57,019 nt of DNA from a virus (taxonomy: Duplodnaviria; Caudoviricetes): IMG/VR virus record IMGVR_UViG_3300049004_000112, positions 1-57,019 of that record; one strand, written 5' to 3'. Positions 9,383 through 19,513 of this stretch are shown here, piece by piece (the stretch's first letter is position 1; the number at the start of each line of letters is the position of its first letter). The notes beneath the pieces were generated by a model. It did no database searches and was not told the DNA's origin. It saw nothing but the letters and a program-made list of their open reading frames with translations. The position numbers and the translations under genes were made by a program.

Positions 9383-9954
9383 ACCAGTTCGTAGCCTTCG
9401 CCGGTCACATTGCCGGCGTCGTCGCGAATTTTGCGGAAACTCAACGCCATGTTGTCGACGTCGATCTTGACCGACGGATTGCCGTCGATGGTCTCGGCGC
9501 CTTGCGCCGCGACCGTGATATTGAAGGTTCCGGCGCCGGCGCCGTTGGCCAGCATGCGGTCCTTGATGGTGACGAATTCCGGAACGAGGTTTGTCGATAG
9601 CGGCAGATTGATCCGGAACGCCGCCGGCACGGTCTTTTTGGCGATAACCAAGCCAATATCATCCGCCAACGTCACATCGCCGGCCGCAGTCAGCGTCAGC
9701 CGCTGCGGCCGGCCGAGATCATCGAGGAATTCCGTGGTCGCAAGCCTCTTCGAGCGATCGCCCCGCGGCGGCGTCGGCGCGGTAGGCTCGTTGAGAAATT
9801 CCGGACTGTCGATCGGTGCGGCTCCGACGACCTCATGGGCACCATCGCCGTTCCAGTTCGATGGAACGAGTTCGCCGGCGGCGGCCGCTTCCTCGCTGTC
9901 TTCCAGCAACGAAACGAAGCTGTGCCTGACGATGACCGTGCCCGGAATTGTCAT
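9379..9954 (-). CDS. Tail fibre-associated protein
   Basis: SPEF..PTAPTP...LATTEF fibre repeat plus INLP...TIKD...ETIDG module. Confidence 0.7.
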   Translation of the reverse strand: MTIPGTVIVRHSFVSLLEDSEEAAAAGELVPSNWNGDGAHEVVGAAPIDSPEFLNEPTAPTPPRGDRSKRLATTEFLDDLGRPQRLTLTAAGDVTLADDIGLVIAKKTVPAAFRINLPLSTNLVPEFVTIKDRMLANGAGAGTFNITVAAQGAETIDGNPSVKIDVDNMALSFRKIRDDAGNVTGEGYELV

Positions 9955-9975
9955 GACTGTTTGCCGTTCCGATTT

Positions 9976-10872
9976 TCAGAACTTGATCGCGCGGCGGACC
10001 AGCGATATCGGATTGAGGATCGGATGCGCCTGCCCGCCGGTATTGCTGGAGGTGCCCGTGGCTGTCACAAAAGGAAGCGTGCCGGTCCCGGGCTGCACGC
10101 CGTCCACCGAGCCCCCCGCGCCGGCGCCGACCGTGATCACCACGCCGCCGCTGCGCAAAAAATGGTCCGCTGACGTGGTGCTGACCGAAATGCTCGGCAG
10201 CTGCAGCGCGGTCAGGGTCGCGCTTTGCGAACCGCAATTTCCGATCGCGGTCGCGTCACAGCCGCTACCAGCCGACGTGACGACATTGGCGGCGCCCCCG
10301 GCGCCCTGGTTATCGAGCGCGACAAGGGAGCGGCCTTTTGAGTTCGGCAGGCCGAATGTCGTCGTGCCATCGCAGGCGCCGTAGTTGGTGCCTATCACCG
10401 AAAACAACGGCGCAAAGGTTGCGCGCGACACGCAGCTGCCATCCTCGATCAGCGTGCCCCGTAGCGTGGCGCTGCCGCGATATTCCACCGTTCTGCCGAT
10501 CGGCGTCATGTCGACCGGACCCAGAATTTCGATGGTCGAGCCGTTGTACATCACCGTCATGGTGACGCCGGCCTGCAACTCGCCGCCGGAAAGTGCCACC
10601 AGACCGATATTGGACGGCCGCCGCGCCGCGGTCGCGGTCAGGTTGTTGATCGAGATCGTCGCCGGTCCGGTATTATCGAGCGGCGGGACATAGCGCAGCG
10701 GCACGCCCAGCACGTCGTTGAGGCTCTGCACGTTGGCAATCGAGATGGTCTGCGCATTGGCAGTGCCACCGCCGGCGCCACCCCAGGTGCTCTGCGCCTC
10801 GAAGGCGACGGCCGGCGCGGACAGAGCAAGCAGCACACATCCCAACGCCAGTAGTTTTCGGAGGATCATCAT
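9976..10872 (-). CDS. Tail fibre protein with phage tail collar domain
   Basis: PIG...DGSCVSRATFAPLFSVIGTNYGACDGTTTFGLPNSKGR collar motif; C-terminal GQAHPILNP..V..IK. Confidence 0.85.
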   Translation of the reverse strand: MMILRKLLALGCVLLALSAPAVAFEAQSTWGGAGGGTANAQTISIANVQSLNDVLGVPLRYVPPLDNTGPATISINNLTATAARRPSNIGLVALSGGELQAGVTMTVMYNGSTIEILGPVDMTPIGRTVEYRGSATLRGTLIEDGSCVSRATFAPLFSVIGTNYGACDGTTTFGLPNSKGRSLVALDNQGAGGAANVVTSAGSGCDATAIGNCGSQSATLTALQLPSISVSTTSADHFLRSGGVVITVGAGAGGSVDGVQPGTGTLPFVTATGTSSNTGGQAHPILNPISLVRRAIKF

Positions 10873-11744
10873 GTCGAGCGGCTCCATATCCGGGTGACGC
10901 CATTGTCGTAGAGACGGAAAATCGTCTCCTGAAAGTTGCGGTTCATGACGTAGTTCGCGGCGCCCGCGATAGTTTCGCCGACGCCGAGCGGTGTCACCGT
11001 GGCAGGGTAAGGCTGCAGATTGCCGGCCACGTCCGATACGACGAACTCCTTGCCGTTCTTGGCGCCCGGTGGAAGCGTGATGGCTTGTGCCGCCGGCGCC
11101 GCGGTCCGCAACAGCGCGACCGAGCGCTGAATCAAGGTCAGATTGAGTGCCGCGCTCGAGGTGACGATGGTCGCCGCACTGGAGAATTCAGCCGGCATGT
11201 CGATCTGAAACGCCGCGCCGTCGTAATCCAGCTTCGCCATGCCGCCGCCGAGCAGATCCTTCTTCTGCAGGGGCGCGCCGCCCTTGCGAAGGATCGCCCT
11301 GGCGGCGAGACCGTTGACCGCGATGCTCGCCGCAGCGCCGGTTCCATCATGGGCAACCAGGACATTGATCGAAAGTCCGGCCTTGTATTCGGCCAGCGCC
11401 GGCGCAAGTGCCACCACCAGCGCATCGGCAGCGCCGGTATCGATGCCGAACTTCATCTGCCCACGCTGGATCAATTGCTGCACGGCTTGCAGCGCCATGG
11501 TGTCGTCGGCATTGTCTTCGGTGACGACGTTGGCCAGCGCCGCGGTCTGGCCGTTGCCGCGGATCAGCGCCCGCAATTGCCCCAGCAACCCGTTCATGAA
11601 ACCGGCCGTAATGCCGGTGCCGTCGCCCGCGCCAGGCGACGAACAGTCCTTGCCGTAGGTGTCGGCGCCGCCGAACACGCGGCTGTCGCCAGGCCGCGTG
11701 ATAACGACGTTCGGCGCGTTGGTGCCGTATCCAAGCAGATCCAT
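10869..11744 (-). CDS. Baseplate-anchoring tail fibre protein
   Basis: GTGITAGFMNG N-terminal anchor motif; directly follows the gp48-like gene. Confidence 0.75.
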   Translation of the reverse strand: MDLLGYGTNAPNVVITRPGDSRVFGGADTYGKDCSSPGAGDGTGITAGFMNGLLGQLRALIRGNGQTAALANVVTEDNADDTMALQAVQQLIQRGQMKFGIDTGAADALVVALAPALAEYKAGLSINVLVAHDGTGAAASIAVNGLAARAILRKGGAPLQKKDLLGGGMAKLDYDGAAFQIDMPAEFSSAATIVTSSAALNLTLIQRSVALLRTAAPAAQAITLPPGAKNGKEFVVSDVAGNLQPYPATVTPLGVGETIAGAANYVMNRNFQETIFRLYDNGVTRIWSRST

Positions 11745-11752
11745 GATTGACC

Positions 11753-12451
11753 TCAGGCAGTTCGATAGATGACGGCGACGTGGGCGTGCACGATGCGATC
11801 GAGCAGGCACACAAGCGGCGAGAAGTCCGGTTCGCAGTTCAGCGTGTTGCCGAGCTGGAACGCGCCGAGCAGCGGCTGGGTTTGCAGCACGCCCTGAAAC
11901 GCCGGGCTGCTCGCAAGGTCGACGACAATAAGGATCGTGGCGGCACCGCCCTCGCCTCCCAACCCCTCATTGCCAAGTTGAAACGTGCCGAGCTGGAAGC
12001 AGATCGCTGAGAACAGCGGCTCACAGACAATCGACCATCCCGCGCGCGCGGCTGTCTCCCCGTAATAGACGCAATCTGTGCCGCCGAGCGCGCCTACCTT
12101 GGCGCACAGGTCGGGAAAGGGATCGCAGGCATCGGGCAGGCCATATTCGGCAAGCCACAGCTCGCGGCTCTTTGTTTGCGTCGCGCACCAGAACTCCAGC
12201 CGCAGCGCGCACAATAGCTGCGTCAGTTGATAGAAGAAATCCGCGACCGCCGCCCAGAAGGCATGCATCAGGGTCAGCGGCCGGCCGAGCGTCTGAAACA
12301 TGCCGGCCTGCGCAAAGCCGGGCTGCGCCATGGTGACTGTATAGGCCTGCCCCACCGCATCGTTGCTCTGCCAGGCGTTGCCGCGCGGCAGCAGCAGCAG
12401 CAGCTGGCGAAAGATTTGCAGCTTGGTCGGACAGCGGAATTGCGCACTCAT
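11753..12451 (-). CDS. Baseplate protein, Mu gp48/DUF2313-like
   Basis: LLLLPRGNAW...WLAEYGLPD.C motif; position after baseplate J. Confidence 0.8.
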   Translation of the reverse strand: MSAQFRCPTKLQIFRQLLLLLPRGNAWQSNDAVGQAYTVTMAQPGFAQAGMFQTLGRPLTLMHAFWAAVADFFYQLTQLLCALRLEFWCATQTKSRELWLAEYGLPDACDPFPDLCAKVGALGGTDCVYYGETAARAGWSIVCEPLFSAICFQLGTFQLGNEGLGGEGGAATILIVVDLASSPAFQGVLQTQPLLGAFQLGNTLNCEPDFSPLVCLLDRIVHAHVAVIYRTA

Positions 12452-13575
12452 GTGAACGCTACATCTCCGGGCGTTGCGATCTGTCCGGACGTCAGCGGAA
12501 TGTCGGCGGCGGGCGCCAGCAGAATGTGCCGTTTCTGCCCGGCCGCATTGGAGATCGCCTGACCGATCCACTCCCGCGAAAACGATTGCGCGGTCGCCAG
12601 ATACGGCATGCCGTCGTGCTCGGTGTCATTGCCGGCCACCGCCGACAGCCGGCGGAACGCAGCGCCAATTTCGGCGATCACCGACTGCCGCACCGCCGTG
12701 TTATCCGGCGACAGGCTATTGATGGTCACAGGCACCGGCACCGCGATCGGCGCCGACACCGTGACCGCGGCGCCGGCCGGCGCCACCAGGTCGATATAAT
12801 CCTGCACCCTTGCGACGTCCGCGGGCGAGGGAATGCCGTCGGCGTAGCGACCGTCCATCAGCACGAACACCCGCACTGTGCCGGCGCCGATCCAGCGCCG
12901 CTCGACATAGACCCGGGTGACGCCGGAAACCGACGACGCCCACAGCACATAATCCGCCGGCGCGCCGCCATGCGGCGGGTTGCGCTTGCGAAACAGTATC
13001 CTGCCGCGGAAGGTCGACAGGTCGGAGGTGAACGGCTCGCCGTCGGCTTCGACGTCGTCGCCTGCAACGATGCCCTCACTACCTACCGCTGCCGTTGCAG
13101 CGCCCGTCACGCCGGAGACGACGGAAAGCGGCGTTGCTGCAATGGCATTGCCGGCCTTGCCATCCACCGAGGCTATGACATCGACGTCGACTGTGCCTGC
13201 GCCCGCAAGCGAGGTTGCTGCAGCGGCGAGGTAGCGAAAGCCGTCGCCGCGCGTGAACACCGCGCCGAGATCGACAGTGACCGCTGCCGGCACCGTCAGT
13301 GTCACCTTGCCTGAGGCCGGCGCCGCCGGCCGCTTGGTCAAACCGACTTCCGCGCCGTGCAAAACGAGATTGTCACCGTCGGCCGTCAGCGCGAATTTCT
13401 GCCGCGAGATATAGCTTGCGAAGCCCATGATCTCGGAACCGACGCCGGCCATCACCTTGGCCGCCACGGCCATATTGTTCGGCCATATCCATGCGTCGCT
13501 GCCTTTCAGATAAGCGCGCAGCGATTTGCGCGCCATATCCGCCAGCGCAGACAGGGTCGGAACGGCAAAACTCAT
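12448..13575 (-). CDS. Baseplate J / Mu gp47 family
   Basis: FRGRILFRKRNPPHGGAPADYVLWA..VSGV motif. Confidence 0.92.
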   Translation of the reverse strand: MSFAVPTLSALADMARKSLRAYLKGSDAWIWPNNMAVAAKVMAGVGSEIMGFASYISRQKFALTADGDNLVLHGAEVGLTKRPAAPASGKVTLTVPAAVTVDLGAVFTRGDGFRYLAAAATSLAGAGTVDVDVIASVDGKAGNAIAATPLSVVSGVTGAATAAVGSEGIVAGDDVEADGEPFTSDLSTFRGRILFRKRNPPHGGAPADYVLWASSVSGVTRVYVERRWIGAGTVRVFVLMDGRYADGIPSPADVARVQDYIDLVAPAGAAVTVSAPIAVPVPVTINSLSPDNTAVRQSVIAEIGAAFRRLSAVAGNDTEHDGMPYLATAQSFSREWIGQAISNAAGQKRHILLAPAADIPLTSGQIATPGDVAFT

Positions 13576-14117
13576 CGCACCTGATTCCAGATGTCATCAA
13601 ACCGGCGATCGACCGCGAGCGATCCGTTGCTGCGATAGACCTTGACCAACAAATCCAGCCGCCCGATCGCGGGCTCGGCAATCGCGGTGACGTCGATGCG
13701 CGCGACAATCCGCTGGCCGATCAGGGTCTGCAGCGCATCGCTCGCCAGCGTCTCGGCCCAGCGCCTGGTATCTTCGGTCAGCGGCGCTCGCGCCAACACC
13801 CACAGCAGCGAGCCCATCTCGGATTCACCAAGATCGCTCCGGACGTCGACGCCATCGCCCCACCATCCGCGCAAATCGTCGCCGTCGACGTACTTTCGCA
13901 GCGGGTGATCGACGGGCATGCGCTTGTCGGTAAATAGCTGGATCACGATCGCCGTCTCCAGCGCGCGCGTCGCAGTCAACCCGCCGCGGTTAAGCGTCTC
14001 CGATGCGGCCGCCAGCGCCCATTCCGCAAAACCACGCGCGGCAATCCAGATACTGTCCCACAATAGCTGCGGCTGCGGATCGCGGCCCTCATTAATGCGA
14101 ATGCGCGGGATTGCCAT
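13572..14117 (-). CDS. Mu gp46-family baseplate protein
   Basis: LETAIVIQLFTD...RGWWGD...GSLLWVL motif. Confidence 0.9.
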   Translation of the reverse strand: MAIPRIRINEGRDPQPQLLWDSIWIAARGFAEWALAAASETLNRGGLTATRALETAIVIQLFTDKRMPVDHPLRKYVDGDDLRGWWGDGVDVRSDLGESEMGSLLWVLARAPLTEDTRRWAETLASDALQTLIGQRIVARIDVTAIAEPAIGRLDLLVKVYRSNGSLAVDRRFDDIWNQVR

Positions 14118-14590
14118 CAGCCGGTCCGCGCCATCACATTGGTCGAAACACCCGCCACCGTCCGCACTTGCGAATAGGCCCCGTCCACGCCGTCGCCGCC
14201 GAGAAACAGCATCTCGCCAGGCGCGGGAGAGACGGTGATTGTTCCCTCTGTTGCCTTGATCATGATGCCACTGCTTCCCTTGGCGAAGATCACGTTGCCG
14301 GATGCGTCGTAGAGCACCGAAGCCCCCGACGGCAGATTGGCTTTCCGAAAATCCTTGTGTTCGCCGCCGATCGCCATCGCGCGGCTCATTCCGCCGCCGG
14401 CCGCCAGCATCAGAAAATCCGCGCCGGCCGGCGGCGACGACGAAAACCCGAATTCCATCACCCGCGGCACCTTGCGCGGCCGGTCCGATTTCAGCGCCGA
14501 GAGGTCGAGCAGCTGCTGCGAGCCGGAATCATCGAGGCTGAGCAACTGCGCCCGGCGCAGCATCAGCCGCACCTCGTCTTCGCGGTGCAT
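14117..14590 (-). CDS. Baseplate spike, Mu gp45-like
   Basis: EFGFSSSPPAGA...GG motif; synteny. Confidence 0.85.
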   Translation of the reverse strand: MHREDEVRLMLRRAQLLSLDDSGSQQLLDLSALKSDRPRKVPRVMEFGFSSSPPAGADFLMLAAGGGMSRAMAIGGEHKDFRKANLPSGASVLYDASGNVIFAKGSSGIMIKATEGTITVSPAPGEMLFLGGDGVDGAYSQVRTVAGVSTNVMARTG

Positions 14591-14591
14591 T

Positions 14592-15653
14592 TTATTCCGG
14601 CTCGCTGTCGTCGAGATCGTTATCGTCGCTCGATTGGTTGCCCTTGCCCTTGTCGCCGTCATAGGCGCGCGGGTCGACCAGGCCTAACTCCGTCAACGAT
14701 CCGGCCTTGGACCCTTGCGAGAATTCGACTCTTTCGATCAGCATGTCCTGCGCGATGCCTAAGGTTTCGCTCTCGGTCCAGATCAGGCGCCCAGGCTCAA
14801 ACACCGCACCGTTTTCGTCGCGAAACCCCTGTACCGTAACATCGCTGCCGAGCGCATTGCCGGCGGCCCGGTCGCGCCGTGTCGCCGCCCGGCCCTTCGC
14901 GCGCTTCTTGCTGGTACTTTCCTTTTGCACGATGATCAGCGGCCGGAAGCGGCGCACCCTGGCATCGGCCGCGGTCGCCTCGATTTCCAGCGCCTCCGCG
15001 CCATGGCCGGTCGCGACCTGACCGCGGACGATGTATTTCGAGTGCCGGTTGCTGGCGTTATGGTCCGCCTCGGCCTCGATGATGTTGCCGCCCTCGTAAA
15101 GGCCGCCGGCGTGACGTGAGGTGCCCGCCTTGGTGATCAGCACATTGCCCGCTGCGGTCCCCGTCAGCGTCTTGTTTTGATCGCGGCATAACTCCTCCAC
15201 CACGGTGAAGATCGTCTTTCCCTGCGCCAGGTGATAGGTCTCGACCGGCTCCAGAACCTGATCGCTCTCAAACCTCGCCGCAATGCCTGCCGCAATCGCG
15301 TTGCCGATCTCAAGCGGGGTCATGTTGTCGAAGTCGCCGCCGTCGTGAACCGCGCTGCAATCGACCAGGTCGCAGGATTTGGAGCGGCCCGAAATGGTGA
15401 TTCCGGTTTCGTCCTCCGAGAGCTTCGGACACCGGCGGTCGACATAGCCATCGAGGAGAAGATCGCCGTTGGCGAAGATCTTCAACTCGACGCCTAGGGC
15501 AAACGTGGCATGCGTCTCGGCCGGGCCGAGTTCGTTCGCAGCCTTCAGGCTGAAGCTGCGGCAGGCTTCATCGAACGCCGCGCGAATTTTGACGCTTTCC
15601 CACGAGGTAAAGGTTTCACCTCCGACCTCTACCCTGATCTGTTCTTTTCCCAT
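14592..15653 (-). CDS. Baseplate hub, Mu gp44 (P) family
   Basis: SWESVKI...ISGRSKSCDLVDCS motif. Confidence 0.88.
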   Translation of the reverse strand: MGKEQIRVEVGGETFTSWESVKIRAAFDEACRSFSLKAANELGPAETHATFALGVELKIFANGDLLLDGYVDRRCPKLSEDETGITISGRSKSCDLVDCSAVHDGGDFDNMTPLEIGNAIAAGIAARFESDQVLEPVETYHLAQGKTIFTVVEELCRDQNKTLTGTAAGNVLITKAGTSRHAGGLYEGGNIIEAEADHNASNRHSKYIVRGQVATGHGAEALEIEATAADARVRRFRPLIIVQKESTSKKRAKGRAATRRDRAAGNALGSDVTVQGFRDENGAVFEPGRLIWTESETLGIAQDMLIERVEFSQGSKAGSLTELGLVDPRAYDGDKGKGNQSSDDNDLDDSEPE

Positions 15654-16873
15654 CAGCTGGCCAGTGCCTCGATTCCGACCGGCATAAAGCTTGGATGCTG
15701 CACCTTGTTGCGCGCCACGAGTTCGGGCGCGCGGGCCGGATCGGCATAGAGTCTCCACGCCCATGCCAGCGACGGCAGCGGCAGATTCGAGGCGGCCGAG
15801 ACGACAGGCGCCAGCGTGGTGATCTTCTGGCTGAGATAATCCACCGCGGCATTGCGAAGATCCTGCACCCCTGCGATCAGATCGCCGTGCCGCATGTCGA
15901 GCGCCAGTATTTCGCCATCGAACAACTCGGTCAGGTCGGCCCGCAGCGTAATGCCGGCGGCCCGGTCCGCGATCGTATCGTCGCGCGCCACCGACTCCGC
16001 CGCGACCGTCAAGGCCGCCAGCCTTGCTGCGGCGCGCACCGCATTGACGTTGCCCGCTGCGTGCTGCGCAGAGAGCGTGCCGGCCGGATCGACCGCCACA
16101 TCGGGCAGCATGTCCAGCAGCGGCAGGAACGCCGCACGTGCCGCTGGCGCTGCAATGCCATCTGCGAGCGCGCGCGCGAGCTCGATGATGCGCAGGCCGA
16201 GCGTAGCGTCCACACCTGTCAGGCGATGGACCAGATCGGACGCGTCATCCTGCAGCGCCGCGATGGCGCTGCGTTGCGCCGCGCTGACCGCAGTATCGAG
16301 CGGCGCCGAGGTGCGGATATTCTCCAGCACCGCTGCGACATCGCGCAACGCTTCGACGCCCGCGAGCACCACATAGTCCGGCTGCAGCAGCGCCACCATG
16401 TCGTCAACGCAGAGTGCCGCAATCGCGGGCTCCAGCGCGTCGGCGGCGACAAACATTAGATTGGCCAAGGATCGAACGGACGGCTGCGCCTGGCTGGCGC
16501 CGTCGCGGACGAATTTCAGTTCGAGCGCGATATGGCCGTGCTTGTCACCCTTGCGGTTGCGCTTGAAGGTAAGGCATTGCACCTGGATTGGACCATGCGA
16601 GGGCAAAACCAGCGTGCCGGCGCCAGGCTGCGCGCAGGTTGCGATTACAGTTGCGGCGTCGGCGTCGGCGGAATCCGAAGCGACATAGGCCGATACCTCG
16701 AAGTCCCGCTGATCCTCGCCCATATCCTCGATAAAAGGATCGTCTCGCTTTACAAACTTGTGGACCGCCTTGCGGCGCCCACCTTCTTCGGCATCGGACT
16801 CCACCTGGAACGGCACACCCTTGTAGGATGCCGGCCACAGCGTGCGGAGCCAATCGCGGGCTTGTGCCATCAC
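15653..16873 (-). CDS. Mu gp43 / DNA circularisation protein family
   Basis: WLRTLWPASYKGVPFQV...GGRR..H.F..RD N-terminus; LYADPARAPELVARN..HPSF C-terminus. Confidence 0.9.
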   Translation of the reverse strand: MMAQARDWLRTLWPASYKGVPFQVESDAEEGGRRKAVHKFVKRDDPFIEDMGEDQRDFEVSAYVASDSADADAATVIATCAQPGAGTLVLPSHGPIQVQCLTFKRNRKGDKHGHIALELKFVRDGASQAQPSVRSLANLMFVAADALEPAIAALCVDDMVALLQPDYVVLAGVEALRDVAAVLENIRTSAPLDTAVSAAQRSAIAALQDDASDLVHRLTGVDATLGLRIIELARALADGIAAPAARAAFLPLLDMLPDVAVDPAGTLSAQHAAGNVNAVRAAARLAALTVAAESVARDDTIADRAAGITLRADLTELFDGEILALDMRHGDLIAGVQDLRNAAVDYLSQKITTLAPVVSAASNLPLPSLAWAWRLYADPARAPELVARNKVQHPSFMPVGIEALAS

Positions 16874-19326
16874 CAGCCTCCGCTCACGCCAGGCTGCGCG
16901 TCGGGCGAAGATTTTCCGAGCGAACCTGCACCGTTGATCATCAGCGACATGCCCGACTTGGACTCCTTGAGGATGTCCTTTACCTCTGATCGCAGTTTGT
17001 CGTTGTCGAACGTCACCACAACTTCAACCTTGCTGTTTACGGTCGCTTCACCGGACAATTTGCCATCGTTCCACACCCCCGATGCACCGCCGCGCGCACC
17101 GGGATGTAGAATACTGGCGGCGAACGCCGCATCTGGCGCCATCGCACCCAACATCGGGTTGTCTGTGAGCGCTTTGGCCAGTTCTGGATTGTTCTTGAAC
17201 TTGTCCCAAGAAAACCAGGTGGCGGCGGCTCCGCCGGCGAGCACGCCGGCGATCGTGCTGCCTGTGGCGATTGCACCGCCTGCAGCAGCCGATGCTGCAG
17301 CCTTGCCTGCGCCCTCGATGACCGATCCGCCACCGAGACGCGCCGCGGCCGCCGTCAACGCCGCGGCCGATGAATCCAGCGCGACCGCGGACGCCGACAA
17401 ACCAAAGCCTCCCATCAGCTTGCTGGTCAGCCACGTCGCGCCGCCAATCATGCCGCCGCCAACCGCAAGCGCGCCTCCCGCCACCACCGGCTTTGGCAGG
17501 TTCGATACCCAGTCCAGCGCGTTGCCGAAACCCTCAAACGCAGGCTTCAAGGTGCCTTCCCATGCCTGCCCGATCGAGAGGGTGAGGTTTTCGACCGAAC
17601 CCTTCAGCCGCTCGAACGAACCGCCCAGGCCGCCCATGATTTCATCGGCCTTGCGCTTGGCAAAGTCCGGGTCCTCGCCGGTTTTCTTCAACTCGTTGCG
17701 AGCCGCCAGGTATTCGTCGCGCTGCCGTTGCGTGATGGCGCCCTTGCCGCCGTGCTTGGCGGTAAAGAACTCATTGAGCTGCGCCAGTGTCATATCCGAC
17801 GACATGATCTTGTCGAGCAACGCTTCGACGTCAACCGAAGCTGCCGATACCTTGTGGAATGTACCGGCACTGCGCGCGATCTTCTGGCGGTCCGATGCAC
17901 GCATCGAGCCGTCTTTCTTCTTGCCGAACAGCGGATCGACCGCCTCAGTGACGGCCTGCGTAAATGCGCCGCGGTCGCCGATGATGTCGGGATCGACCAG
18001 CGCCTTTTGCAGGGCTTCGCGGACGGCGGGCGTAAAGCTGATGCCGAGATCCTGCTTGAATTGGTTTTCCAGCCGACCGACATCGAGATTGCCCGGCATC
18101 GTGACGTAGTCGCTGTAGTTGATGCCCGCCGCATTGAGCGCTGCACGGCCGCCCTTTGTCGGCGCGACCAGCTTGGAGGCCGCCGCCCGGACAAACACGC
18201 CGGCTTCGTCGCCGCGCAGGCCGCCGCGGCGTGCCAATGCGGCAAGCGACAACAGACTTTCCGGCGTCAGTCCGGCCGCGGTGCCGCTGGCGACCGCGAA
18301 TTTGATAAAGCCCTGCACGTCTTCATCGCTCATGCCGCCCAGCTTGGCCATTTTCACCAGCTGGTTGGTGGCCTTATTGGCCTCGGCAAGCGCCTTTTGT
18401 TTTGTCGAGATATCCTTGTTGGTGGTCTGCAGATAGGCCCGGATCGCTTCCGCGGAGGTTGCAAGATCGCCCTCCATCACCAACGCATAATTCTTGACAT
18501 TTTCCAGAATGCCTTCGGCGACTTCGGCCTTGATGCGCCCGGTCAGGTTCGATGGCAGGCCCTGCATCGCCTTGGTCTGCGCCTTCACCACATCGAGATT
18601 GGTGAACTGGGTGTCCTGCCCGATCTTCTTTGCCTGCGGCGTCAGGATGCTGGCCTGATCTGCAGCCGAGATATCCGTGAATTCACGCTGCTTGCGCGAC
18701 GCGATGTCGAACTCGGCAGCCGCGACCACCGCGCTGGTGCTGAGCATCTTGACCTTGTGGCCAGCGATCATTCCGGCGCCGCCGATCGCAGCCGCCCGCG
18801 CAACACGATCTGCCACTGCGCCGCGGCGATCCTGTCGCGTCTTTTGCTTGTCCATCGCGGCATTGGTCGCCAGAACCGCAGAGCGCAGCCGCTCCTGGTG
18901 CGCTGTCGCTTCCTTGATAGGAACGCCGAGCTGTTCCAGCGCGCGACGATCGGCGAACATCGCGGTTTTCTGCGCCTCGAAAGCCTTGCTGGCCAGGTCA
19001 ACGGCACGGCCGAGACGGCGCTGCTCGGCTTCAAACGCCGCGCGGTTCGGAGCGGCAATCGCTACCTTGTTATGCCGGTCGACTGCAGCAGCAGCCTCCC
19101 TCAGCCGCTTCTGTGAAGCATCGAACACGCCGCGCGAATTGGAGTAGCGGTCGATCGCCGCCATCTGTGTCTTTACTTTTTCGAGCGACTTCGAGAGTGC
19201 GTCAACACCGGCAGACATTTTACCCGACTTCGAAATCGCGTCGACCCGCTTGGCGATGCTGTCAAACATCGCGCCGGTCTTGTCGTCGCCGGAAATGACA
19301 AGCTTGGATTCGATAATGCGATTCAA
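16870..19326 (-). CDS. Tail tape measure protein
   Basis: About 818 aa, Ala-rich and helical; follows the chaperones; TTG start with GGGAGA RBS. Confidence 0.9.
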   Translation of the reverse strand: MNRIIESKLVISGDDKTGAMFDSIAKRVDAISKSGKMSAGVDALSKSLEKVKTQMAAIDRYSNSRGVFDASQKRLREAAAAVDRHNKVAIAAPNRAAFEAEQRRLGRAVDLASKAFEAQKTAMFADRRALEQLGVPIKEATAHQERLRSAVLATNAAMDKQKTRQDRRGAVADRVARAAAIGGAGMIAGHKVKMLSTSAVVAAAEFDIASRKQREFTDISAADQASILTPQAKKIGQDTQFTNLDVVKAQTKAMQGLPSNLTGRIKAEVAEGILENVKNYALVMEGDLATSAEAIRAYLQTTNKDISTKQKALAEANKATNQLVKMAKLGGMSDEDVQGFIKFAVASGTAAGLTPESLLSLAALARRGGLRGDEAGVFVRAAASKLVAPTKGGRAALNAAGINYSDYVTMPGNLDVGRLENQFKQDLGISFTPAVREALQKALVDPDIIGDRGAFTQAVTEAVDPLFGKKKDGSMRASDRQKIARSAGTFHKVSAASVDVEALLDKIMSSDMTLAQLNEFFTAKHGGKGAITQRQRDEYLAARNELKKTGEDPDFAKRKADEIMGGLGGSFERLKGSVENLTLSIGQAWEGTLKPAFEGFGNALDWVSNLPKPVVAGGALAVGGGMIGGATWLTSKLMGGFGLSASAVALDSSAAALTAAAARLGGGSVIEGAGKAAASAAAGGAIATGSTIAGVLAGGAAATWFSWDKFKNNPELAKALTDNPMLGAMAPDAAFAASILHPGARGGASGVWNDGKLSGEATVNSKVEVVVTFDNDKLRSEVKDILKESKSGMSLMINGAGSLGKSSPDAQPGVSGGW

Positions 19327-19330
19327 GCGG

Positions 19331-19513
19331 CTATCTCCCGCGCGGCTTCGGCCGCTTCGACCACGCAACCGCGCGGCCGTGCCAGTAGAGCAGTTGCGAG
19401 ATTGTCATCCCGCCCACGTCCTTCATGCTCGCCCGCCCGACGCCCGCGAACGTGATCTCGTCCGCGAGTTCCCGGATGCCGCGGGCTCCCCGGCGTCGGG
19501 CTGGAAAAAACCC
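19331..19513 (-). CDS. C-terminal extension of tail assembly chaperone made by -1 frameshift
   Basis: Slippery G GGT TTT at 19513-19507; the -1 frame reads ...GGMTISQLLYWHGRAVAW... to TAG at 19333-19331. Confidence 0.8.
   Translation of the reverse strand, partial: GFFPARRRGARGIRELADEITFAGVGRASMKDVGGMTISQLLYWHGRAVAWSKRPKPRGR

Noticed and set aside
4675-11744. Diversity-generating retroelement or invertible fibre cassette
   Set aside because: No reverse transcriptase, invertase, TR/VR pair or flanking inverted repeats seen
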